Positions 1 to 7,171 of a DNA stretch of 64,000 bases are shown here, in pieces. The stretch comes from an uncultured Rhodospirillales bacterium. Its GTDB lineage: Bacteria; Pseudomonadota; Alphaproteobacteria; Rhodospirillales; JAPHRK01. Location: the NCBI GenBank assembly GCA_965368335.1, contig CBDUMN010000005.1, positions 105 through 64,104 of the forward strand. Reading direction: 5' to 3'. Under the pieces are notes generated by a model that was not told where the DNA came from, made no database searches, and was given only the letters and a program-made list of their open reading frames with translations. How positions within the stretch are numbered: position 1 is the stretch's first letter; each line of letters opens with the position of its first letter. Position numbers and translations under genes: made by a program.

Positions 1-616
1 CCTTGGGCAGTCCGCGCTCCTCAAACAGGCGCAGGAAGGCCGTGAAGGCGGTGGCCTCCTTGGTTGTTTCCATGGCTTCGCACATGAGCAGGAAGCGTGA
101 AGCCTGGTCGATGACGGTCAGGGGGTAACAATACCGCCGGTTACCGAGCTTGAATTCACCCTTGAAATCGGCGCACCACAGCTCGTTCGGGGCGCCTCCC
201 TTTGAAAGCTCGGTGCCTTGCGCCTTATTGCGCCGTCTATTGCGGCCACGCTTGACCAGACCGTGGCGATCGAGCACGGCATGGACAGTGCTGGTCGCCG
301 GAATCCGGACATCGCCAGCCAACCGCCGGACCAGTAGTTCACGGACCTTGCGCGCGCCCCAATGGGGCTTCTCCTTCTTGAGGGTCACGATCATTCGCTC
401 AATCTGATCGGGCAATTGGTTAGCGTAACGCACCGGGCGACGGGACCGGTCGCACAAGGCCTCCAGGCCGTGCTCCTTATAGCGGTTGAAGATTTTATAG
501 CCGGTCTTCCGGGATATCCCGAAAGACCGGCAAACCTCGCTCATACCCTCGCCTTCCAACAAACGGGCGACAAATCGTAGACGTTCTTCCATAACCGAAC
601 TCTCTTTCCACGGCAT
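1..616 (-). CDS. IS481-family transposase (HTH plus rve/DDE integrase core); C-terminal part cut off by the window edge
   Basis: Reverse-strand translation from the ATG at 614-616 reads MPWKESSVMEERLRFVARLLEGEGMSEVCRSFGISRKTGYKIFNRYKEHGLEALCDRSRRPVRYANQLPDQIERMIVTLKKEKPHWGARKVRELL...ELWCADFKGEFKLGNRRYCYPLTVIDQASRFLL and stays open to position 1. It is absent from the ORF track because it has no stop in the window. The N-terminal pattern is typical of IS481-family transposases. Confidence 0.85.
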   Translation of the reverse strand, partial: MPWKESSVMEERLRFVARLLEGEGMSEVCRSFGISRKTGYKIFNRYKEHGLEALCDRSRRPVRYANQLPDQIERMIVTLKKEKPHWGARKVRELLVRRLAGDVRIPATSTVHAVLDRHGLVKRGRNRRRNKAQGTELSKGGAPNELWCADFKGEFKLGNRRYCYPLTVIDQASRFLLMCEAMETTKEATAFTAFLRLFEERGLPK

Positions 617-723
617 CAACACCCCCAGCCAAATAGCCAAAAGTGTTACCCATGTGTCCGGTACAAAGCGTCACCTATCTCTCAGGTCGGGCACATGCAG
701 ATGCCTCTGCAGCTGGTGACTGG
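1..723 (-). mobile_element. IS481-family insertion sequence (partial in window); outer boundary near 645-723 is not resolved
   Basis: Contains the transposase above plus its upstream leader. Sequence similarity to the neighbouring IS fragment resumes at about 726, which suggests this copy interrupted the other one. Confidence 0.6.
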
Positions 724-726
724 TTC

Positions 727-870
727 CTCCTTATGGCGGTTGAAGATTTTGTAGCTGCTCTTCCGAGATAGCCTGAAAGACCGACAAACCTTGCTTATCC
801 CTTCGCCTTCCAACGAACGGGCGACAAATCGAAGACGCTCTTCCATAATTGAACTCTCTTTCCACGGCAT
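727..870 (-). pseudogene. Remnant of a second, related IS481-family transposase (N-terminal ~48 codons only)
   Basis: From the ATG at 868-870 the reverse strand reads MPWKESSIMEERLRFVARSLEGEGISKVCRSFRLSRKSSYKIFNRHKEE, colinear with the first 48 residues of the transposase at 1-616. The nucleotide alignment 476-616 versus 729-870 is visibly about 80 percent identical. The reading frame then runs into unrelated sequence and stops. The shared upstream string ccccagccaaatagccaaaa occurs at 625-644 and 877-896. Confidence 0.8.
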
Positions 871-968
871 AAATATCCCCAGCCAAATAGCCAAAAATAT
901 ATACCCCCAAGTCATTAGGTGAGTACGTCTCGCGTACTGTTGCCGGATCAGTTATGTTCATATTGTAT

Positions 969-1073
969 CTAGGGTCAGGACCCATTAATCTGATGCAATT
1001 CTGTTCATTCTATTTAGCCGAGGGCAAGGAGACAGGACGCAGAATGGATCAAGTTAATGGGTCCTGGCCCTAG
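969..1073. mobile_element. MITE-like element: ~20-bp terminal inverted repeats, 65-bp core, CTAG at both ends
   Basis: ctagggtcaggacccattaa (969-988) matches the reverse complement of ttaatgggtcctggccctag (1054-1073) at 19 of 20 positions. No ORF lies inside. It sits directly beside the IS debris. Confidence 0.4.
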
Positions 1074-1131
1074 GTATTGAGGCCGTCTGGCAGGTGTTTT
1101 TGTCAGTAGATTAAGATGGTAGGCCGTGTTT

Positions 1132-2199
1132 ATGACTGCTTTGTTCCTGTATTTGCTTCTCGCAATTGGCGTCTCTTTTATCTGTTCGATTTCTGAAGCG
1201 GTCTTGCTGTCAATACGTCCTTCATATATTGCAGCTATGGATCAAAAATCCCAGACAGCCTTTCTTTTGAGAAAGCTTCGAAATAATCTGGATCGCCCGT
1301 TGGCGGCAATTTTAACTGCAAATACGATCGCTCATACTGTCGGGGCCGCCGGAGTTGGAGCACAATCCGCCCAGGTCTTTGGGAATGCATATATAGGCCT
1401 TACTTCCGCTGTCCTGACGCTGTTAATTTTGGTTTTCTCGGAGATCATTCCGAAAACCCTGGGCGCTGTTCACTGGCAGTCTTTAGCGCCCTTATTCGGA
1501 AGAATTATCCACTGGATGACAATTGGTCTGTTTCCATTGGTCTGGTGTTCCGAAAGATTGACAAAACTTTTTTCCCGCTCAGGGGAAAGCGCGTTTACCT
1601 ATAGCCGTGATGAAATGCAGGCGGTAATCGAGATAGGTAAAGAAGAAGGCGTTCTGGACCGTCACGAACATACCATTGCTGCAAATCTGATGATGCTGCG
1701 CCAACTGAGCGTTCGAGATATTATGACACCCAGGCCGGTTGTGTTCTCGGTGCAAGAAGATGCGACGGTCGAGGAGTTTTTCTTGGCTCATGCGCAATCC
1801 CCTTTCTCGCGAGTTCCGATTTATGGAAAACGGTCGGACGATATCACCGGTTGGGTGCTCAAAACCGATCTACTGACCTCTCAGGCGCGGGATGAATTCA
1901 GTCGCCGATTGCATGAGTTTCGGCGCGATTTTGTAGTCTTGCCTGATACTCTGACCGCCTCTAAGTGCTACGACCGGTTGATGCGTGAAAAAGTGCAGAT
2001 TGTTCTGCTCGTTGATGAATATGGCACCATGCAGGGATTGGTGACTCTTGAGGATGTCGTTGAAACACTGATTGGTCTGGAAATAATGGATGAGATGGAT
2101 CTGGTCGAGGATATGCAAGCTTTGGCGCGTAAACGTTGGCGCCAACGGATGCAATCTATGGGTATCAATCCGGAAGGAATAGAGGCGCCGGAGGCTTGA
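1132..2199 (+). CDS. CNNM/DUF21 membrane protein with a CBS-domain pair (HlyC/CorC-type transporter family, lacking the C-terminal CorC_HlyC domain)
   Basis: N-terminal TM helices with SEAVLLS...LAAILTANTIAHTVGAAG...EIIPKTLG (DUF21 pattern), followed by a CBS pair (VRDIMTPR..., VPIYGKRSDDITGWV..., VLLVDEYGTMQGLVTLEDVVETLIG). The ATG at 1132 is preferred over the GTG at 1126. Confidence 0.8.
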   Translation: MTALFLYLLLAIGVSFICSISEAVLLSIRPSYIAAMDQKSQTAFLLRKLRNNLDRPLAAILTANTIAHTVGAAGVGAQSAQVFGNAYIGLTSAVLTLLILVFSEIIPKTLGAVHWQSLAPLFGRIIHWMTIGLFPLVWCSERLTKLFSRSGESAFTYSRDEMQAVIEIGKEEGVLDRHEHTIAANLMMLRQLSVRDIMTPRPVVFSVQEDATVEEFFLAHAQSPFSRVPIYGKRSDDITGWVLKTDLLTSQARDEFSRRLHEFRRDFVVLPDTLTASKCYDRLMREKVQIVLLVDEYGTMQGLVTLEDVVETLIGLEIMDEMDLVEDMQALARKRWRQRMQSMGINPEGIEAPEA

Positions 2200-2254
2200 G
2201 CCCGTTCTAAACCTTGTTTTCCCAATGCTGCTTCATTGAGGCTTCGCTGAGACG

Positions 2255-3409
2255 TTAGTAATTTCCATTTGGCAATAAACTTTCCCACCCTTTCAAGAAT
2301 GTCCGCCCCATACGGCTTGAAACGCCGTTACGTTCGAACTCTTCGGATAGGGCGGTAATTTGGGCTTGCCTGGCTTCGTCTTCTTTGGTGAGGCTGAGTC
2401 GCCCATTTAGTTCGTCAAGCATCTCAATAACCAATCCATTGATTTCATCGGCGGTATTATCTCTGATGGGCCCGACATCGGAGTAGCGGTTGCGGTAAGG
2501 CGGTCGCATGGCTTCATCGAAGGAAATCGGCTTGTCGAGGCCGTCCAAGTGGAGCTTGGAGATATAGATGTCCCTTTTTGAGAAAGGCCGTTCGGAGAAA
2601 GGCGTGTTGTTGGCTTGGGCGACGGGAACGCCGAAAAGATCGGCGACGATCCAGGGGCCTGAGGTCGTGCCGAGGAAAAACCGGGCCGCAGCCATGAGGT
2701 AGATATCCAGCCAGTCGCTTCGGTCGTCGCTATGGGCGTAATCGATAACCTGAGGCATGGTCGGCAGAGGTGGCATTTGCGGGTGTCCTAGTCGGACAAT
2801 CCAGCCCCCGGCATTCGTAATGGTCTCTATCCCTTTGTAAAAGCTTTCAATCTCGGCGTTTCTGAAATCGTTAGCCGAATCGTCGATGGAAACATCATTT
2901 TCGAAAAAACGCTGATCTCTTACATGCAAGGCGACAAACCACGCATCACCCGGCAGACCGAGCTTTTTTAATGCTTTCTCACCCTTTTTCCGGTGCTCCT
3001 TTGTTAAGCTGAGAAGCGGCCCTCTTCCCTCATCTTCCCAAAGTTTGAAGAGGGCCACGGCGGCGCGGTCTTCATGGAGAATATTGCCGTCTGGAAAGCG
3101 GATATCCGATGCGTTGAAGGATGGCAGCTCCAAGGGATCTGCCTTTCGGGCGATTTCGATCCAGGGCTTGAAGTAACCAAGCAGGGTTTCGTTGGCGACC
3201 TCACCTTCGGGAGCCAGGACGACGCCTTTAAACGGTTCGGGGAACATACCCATTTCGGTCATCATGGCGAAAATACCCAACTGAAGGGCCGTTTCGCCAA
3301 TTCGTGTGACGAGAAAATTGGGTCGAAAGACGCGGTACTGAGTGGGAAGTTGCGGCAAGTCCTGCCCTTTGCTGTCTTGAATGGTTGTCAAGTTGCCTGG
3401 ATTTTTCAC
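2255..3409 (-). CDS. Hypothetical protein resembling the TIGR04372-type putative glycosyltransferase family
   Basis: Clean 384-codon ORF with a GTG start. The block ALHVRDQRFF...FRNAEIESFYKGIETITNAGGWIVRLG...VIDYAHSDDRSDWLDIYLMAAARFFLGTTSGP...FGVP matches my recollection of the TIGR04372 family pattern. This has not been verified by an HMM search. Confidence 0.5.
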   Translation of the reverse strand: MKNPGNLTTIQDSKGQDLPQLPTQYRVFRPNFLVTRIGETALQLGIFAMMTEMGMFPEPFKGVVLAPEGEVANETLLGYFKPWIEIARKADPLELPSFNASDIRFPDGNILHEDRAAVALFKLWEDEGRGPLLSLTKEHRKKGEKALKKLGLPGDAWFVALHVRDQRFFENDVSIDDSANDFRNAEIESFYKGIETITNAGGWIVRLGHPQMPPLPTMPQVIDYAHSDDRSDWLDIYLMAAARFFLGTTSGPWIVADLFGVPVAQANNTPFSERPFSKRDIYISKLHLDGLDKPISFDEAMRPPYRNRYSDVGPIRDNTADEINGLVIEMLDELNGRLSLTKEDEARQAQITALSEEFERNGVSSRMGRTFLKGWESLLPNGNY

Positions 3410-3482
3410 GGTTTTTATAGAAAAAACAACGCAGAAAGCTTAGTGTGTTAATGAATCGTTAATTTTGCGGGCTGGGTCTTCA

Positions 3483-4040
3483 ATGGCGCTGGTAAACCAA
3501 TCCGGGTCCTATCTCTCCTATCTTTCAAGCTCCTATCTGCTTGGGAGAGAGGAGCAATTGGATGGAAGCATTAACCAGACGCCTGCTGCCGATTCTCCTT
3601 TCGTGGTCCAAGATGTAATTACGATCTCCTCAGATGCTCAGAGCTTTCTGGAGGCCCAGGCAAAGGCGCAAGACCTGACTCCTGCGGCCGACCTTATCGC
3701 CGATCTGAAGTCGCATGGGAATTTGATATCAGCTTCTTTTGTCGGCAAAAACCTCCAAGGGATCGACCTGACCGGAGCTTTTCTCTACAAAGCTGATTTC
3801 AGTTCCGCCACGCTTGATTATTCCGTTTTGAAAGATGCTTGGCTTTCCGGTGCTGATTTTACCGGGGCAACGCTTATCGGCGCCGATTTGCGGGGCGCCA
3901 ATCTTAGCGGGGCGACAGGCTTGACCTCGGATGCCTTGCGTCATGCGCGTGTCGATACATCGACCTCGCTGCCCATTGGCGTTGTTTTGAAATCCACCGA
4001 GGACATCACCGAAGTCCGCCATCTGGACGTGGTCGCATAA
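3483..4040 (+). CDS. Pentapeptide-repeat protein
   Basis: The C-terminal half is consecutive A(D/N)LXX-type pentapeptides: NLQGIDLTGAFLYKADFSSATLDYSVLKDAWLSGADFTGATLIGADLRGANLSGATGL. The ATG at 3483 is preferred to the TTG at 3465. No signal peptide is seen. Confidence 0.8.
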   Translation: MALVNQSGSYLSYLSSSYLLGREEQLDGSINQTPAADSPFVVQDVITISSDAQSFLEAQAKAQDLTPAADLIADLKSHGNLISASFVGKNLQGIDLTGAFLYKADFSSATLDYSVLKDAWLSGADFTGATLIGADLRGANLSGATGLTSDALRHARVDTSTSLPIGVVLKSTEDITEVRHLDVVA

Positions 4041-4059
4041 ACATTCACCCAAAGCCTAT

Positions 4060-4752
4060 TTATTTAGGCTTATGCCGCCACCAATATTCTTCATTGATCG
4101 AGAATACGGGAGCGTAATGCCGGATTGTTCTGGCTTCGACGACCTGTTTGATCTGGTTATCTAAGATGTAGGGGGTGTCGTTCAGATAGACCGCAAGAAT
4201 GGCGTGGCCGACCTTGAGGTTCATATCCTTTACTGCGACAATCCTCAGATCTTTGTCGGTGAAACCCAACAGCTTTAGGGAAACAAATTTGGAGATTGAA
4301 TAGTCTTCGCAATCTCCGAATTTGGCCATGAATTCGCCCGGTGTCGCCCAGTAGTCTTTTTGCCCCCAATTGACCTGATCGGTGATGTATCGCGCCTTGT
4401 TCATAAAGGCGTTAACCTCTTTCACCTGGGTGAGTTTATCCTTGCCTTCCAAGCTTTTGAGAAAAGTCATCCATTTGTCGTAGTGGCATTTGTTGAACTT
4501 TTTTTCCTTGCAATCGCCCGCTTTGATGCTGGCCTGTTCCTTGGAATAACGTTCAATGGCTCCCGTCCATTTCTTGAAAGGCTTAAAATTGCGGGAGCGG
4601 ATTTCTTTGGTATTGAAAAGCCCGTCTGGGTTGACCTTTTTAGCCTCTGCCCAGTTCTGAGGATGGACTGTGAACAAAAGGGCCAGAACGCCCAATAAAA
4701 GAGCCGTTTTTGCAGTACGTATTCTTTTGTTTCTTTGGTTTGCCTGTTTCAT
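4060..4752 (-). CDS. Periplasmic transglutaminase-like cysteine protease (BTLCP / Peptidase_C93, LapG-like)
   Basis: The start at M57 of the track ORF gives a Sec signal peptide (MKQANQRNKRIRTAKTALLLGVLALLFTVHPQNWAEA). The Cys-His-Asp catalytic constellation sits in its typical context: DYWATPGEFMAKFGDCEDYSISKF ... KVGHAILAV ... YILDN. The acidic DCED context matches the Ca-binding site of LapG-type enzymes. Confidence 0.85.
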   Translation of the reverse strand: MKQANQRNKRIRTAKTALLLGVLALLFTVHPQNWAEAKKVNPDGLFNTKEIRSRNFKPFKKWTGAIERYSKEQASIKAGDCKEKKFNKCHYDKWMTFLKSLEGKDKLTQVKEVNAFMNKARYITDQVNWGQKDYWATPGEFMAKFGDCEDYSISKFVSLKLLGFTDKDLRIVAVKDMNLKVGHAILAVYLNDTPYILDNQIKQVVEARTIRHYAPVFSINEEYWWRHKPK

Positions 4753-4960
4753 CCGGCTGCATGTTCCATTGGATCGTTTGACCAATGATATTGAGCCGCC
4801 TTGATTACGACAAGTATGGAAATCACAGTTCAAGCCGATTTGAAGCAGCGTGAGTTCAGCATCTATGGGGAGAATCATGTCGACTGTATTTCTCCCTTTA
4901 AGTCTTATGGGTGATAACATACGATGCTCAATCTAAAGGACTTTTTCCGGGGAGGCTCCA

Positions 4961-7096
4961 ATGGTGAACGAGGAAAAACAACAACCTCAAGAACAAGAGC
5001 CCAAAATCAAACGGGCGGTCAACTTCAAGGTTGCCGGAACCGTTGTTGCATTAGTGGCTATTGTCGCCGCCGGGGTTTTCTATGCTTTTAGTTTTGTCGA
5101 GGAAGAACGGCAAAGAGATCTGCAGGATTGGCAGATCAGATTGGGGATTGTCGCCGATAGCCGGGTAGCTGCCGTTTCCGATTGGGTCGATAAAAACTTT
5201 GCTTCCCTCCGTGAACTGGCGGAAAACGCCTCCCTGCAGCTTTATATGACCGAAATTCTGTTTGCCGAGGAAGAGGGCGGAGAGGCTATGGCCGAAGCCC
5301 AGGCGCAGGCGGGTTATTTGCGCAATCTATTGGTGGCGACGGCTGATCGGACCGGTTTCAGCGCCCCGCCGCCGAGCGGTGAAATCGCGGCCAACGTGGA
5401 GCGTGTCGGCGTTGCCGGAATCGCCCTATTGAATAAGGATGGGAAGCTCCTCGTCGCTTCGCCCGGCACCCCGCCCCCCTCGCCGGATATTAGGGCGGCT
5501 GTGGCGAAAGCTCTCGGCGGGAAACCGGTCTTGATCGATCTCTACAAAGGAGCGAGCGACGAAACGACCGTTGGTTTCGCCCTGCCCGTCTATGCCTTGC
5601 AAGGTGATGAAACGGAAGGCATTGGCGTCGTTTTGGGGATTAAGCTGATCGGTAAGGATTTCGTCAAAACTCTTGAGCAACCGGGAGAGATTCAAAAAAC
5701 CGCAGAGACCTATCTCGCCCGGAAAAATAATGGCGTGATTGAATATCTGACGCCTTTAGCCGATGGGACGCCGCCGCTTGAGAGAACGTTTGCCGCCGAT
5801 ACTCCCGATTTGGCTGCCGCTTTTGCCGTTGAAAAACCGGGCGGCTTTGGTATTCGCCGAGATTATACCGGAACGGAAGTTCTGGTGACTTCGCGCCCCA
5901 TTGCAGGAACCCCCTGGGTATTGGCGCGGAAAGTAGCGACATCCGAGGCTCTGGCTGAAACCGATACCCGCCTGCGGACGATTCTCGTGGTCTTCCTGCT
6001 GATTATCGGTGGGGTCAGTGTCACGATGGTTGCCGTTTGGCGTCATGGAACGTCGCTTCGCGCCGCCAAGGCCGCCGAACAATTTAAGCTGCAAATGGAG
6101 CGCTTTCAGAACCTTTCGAAGTTCCTCAATGTGGTCACAAACAGCCATCCCGCACATATTTTAGCGGTAACGGGGGAAGGCAATATCACTTTCGCCAATA
6201 AGCGGGCCGCCGACAGTGTGGATATGGAAGTCGACGACATGCTGGGCAAAAACATGTTCAATGTGATCGGCCCGATCCAAGCCAAGGCCTATCACGAAAT
6301 TAACAAAGAAGTGATTGAGAAGTTTGAGCCGCACAACGCCGTGCATCGGTTTGAAGAGGCGGATGGCGATTTGGTGATTAAATCCGATCATGTACCCTTG
6401 CGGGGCGACCGCGATTATCCTCCCTCCTCTCTGATGATTTTAGACGATATCACCGAATTGACCCGAGAGCGGGAGCGTCGGGAGCGGGTGATGCGACAGC
6501 TTGTTGAAACGCTGGTCAGCGTGGTTGACCGGCGCGACCCCTACTCCGCCAACCATTCGGCGCGTGTGGCTGAAGTTTCCCACGCTATTGGTCAGGAGAT
6601 GGGATTGGGCGAGTTGGAACAGCGGACGGTCGATATCGCCGGTAGCGTGATGAATCTCGGTAAGATCTTCATTCCGCCCGAATTGCTGACGAAAACCGGC
6701 AAGCTAACCGATGACGAGCGTGAGCAACTCAGCCGCAGTTTCGTCGTCAGCGCCGATCTGTTGAGCGGTGTTGAGTTTGACGGACCCGTGGTTGATACCG
6801 TGCGCCAGATTGGCGAGAGTTGGGATGGTGCGGGACCGCTTGGCATGAAGGGCGACGAAATTCTCGTCACCGCCCGAATTGTCGCTGTTGCCAACGTCTT
6901 TGTCGGTATGGTCAGCCCCCGAGCTTATCGCGACGCCATGACCTTCGAAAAGGTCGCGGCGATTCTTATGGAGGAAGCGGAAAAGAAGTTCGACCGCAAG
7001 GCCGTTGTCGCTCTGATCAACTATATCGAAAACCGGGGTGGCCGTCAGAAATGGGCCCATTATCGGGAAACGCCGCTCGATCAAGGAACGAGCTGA
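4961..7096 (+). CDS. Membrane receptor: TM, ~290-aa periplasmic Cache-like domain, TM, PAS, catalytically degenerate HD-GYP domain
   Basis: GGAGG lies 6 nt before the ATG. TM helices are at about aa 24-46 and 341-360. A PAS-like segment spans about aa 383-500. The HD-GYP fold signature is retained (DPYSANHSARV..., ..LGKIFIPPELLTKTGKLT.., ..WDGAGPLGMKGDEI..ARIVAVANVF) but the catalytic residues are substituted: HD->NL (aa 565-566), HHE->IGE (617-619), GYP->GPL (624-626), AD->AN (645). Confidence 0.85.
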   Translation: MVNEEKQQPQEQEPKIKRAVNFKVAGTVVALVAIVAAGVFYAFSFVEEERQRDLQDWQIRLGIVADSRVAAVSDWVDKNFASLRELAENASLQLYMTEILFAEEEGGEAMAEAQAQAGYLRNLLVATADRTGFSAPPPSGEIAANVERVGVAGIALLNKDGKLLVASPGTPPPSPDIRAAVAKALGGKPVLIDLYKGASDETTVGFALPVYALQGDETEGIGVVLGIKLIGKDFVKTLEQPGEIQKTAETYLARKNNGVIEYLTPLADGTPPLERTFAADTPDLAAAFAVEKPGGFGIRRDYTGTEVLVTSRPIAGTPWVLARKVATSEALAETDTRLRTILVVFLLIIGGVSVTMVAVWRHGTSLRAAKAAEQFKLQMERFQNLSKFLNVVTNSHPAHILAVTGEGNITFANKRAADSVDMEVDDMLGKNMFNVIGPIQAKAYHEINKEVIEKFEPHNAVHRFEEADGDLVIKSDHVPLRGDRDYPPSSLMILDDITELTRERERRERVMRQLVETLVSVVDRRDPYSANHSARVAEVSHAIGQEMGLGELEQRTVDIAGSVMNLGKIFIPPELLTKTGKLTDDEREQLSRSFVVSADLLSGVEFDGPVVDTVRQIGESWDGAGPLGMKGDEILVTARIVAVANVFVGMVSPRAYRDAMTFEKVAAILMEEAEKKFDRKAVVALINYIENRGGRQKWAHYRETPLDQGTS

Positions 7097-7118
7097 CCCG
7101 AAACGGAAAGCTGGCCAA

Positions 7119-7152
7119 AATGAAACGGGAGCCGAAAAGCTCCCGTTTCATT
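7119..7152. terminator. Bidirectional hairpin terminator between the convergent receptor and adhesin genes
   Basis: Perfect 14-bp stem aatgaaacgggagc / gctcccgtttcatt with the 6-nt loop cgaaaa. On the minus strand it is followed by a short U-rich tail (cauuuugg). It lies in the 75-bp gap between the two stop codons. Confidence 0.6.
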
Positions 7153-7171
7153 GTATCTATGGGCGAACCCT

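Noticed and set aside
118-580. Three short ORFs (118-342 minus, 150-407 plus, 362-580 plus) at the left edge
   Set aside because: They are off-frame or antisense within the IS481-family transposase reading frame, which runs 616->1 and explains the whole region.
4753-4920. 56-codon N-terminal extension of the BTLCP ORF (track start at 4920)
   Set aside because: The extension has no signal peptide and is Cys/His-rich junk. Starting at M57 (4752) gives a textbook Sec signal followed by the conserved BTLCP body and leaves a sensible 208-bp divergent promoter region.
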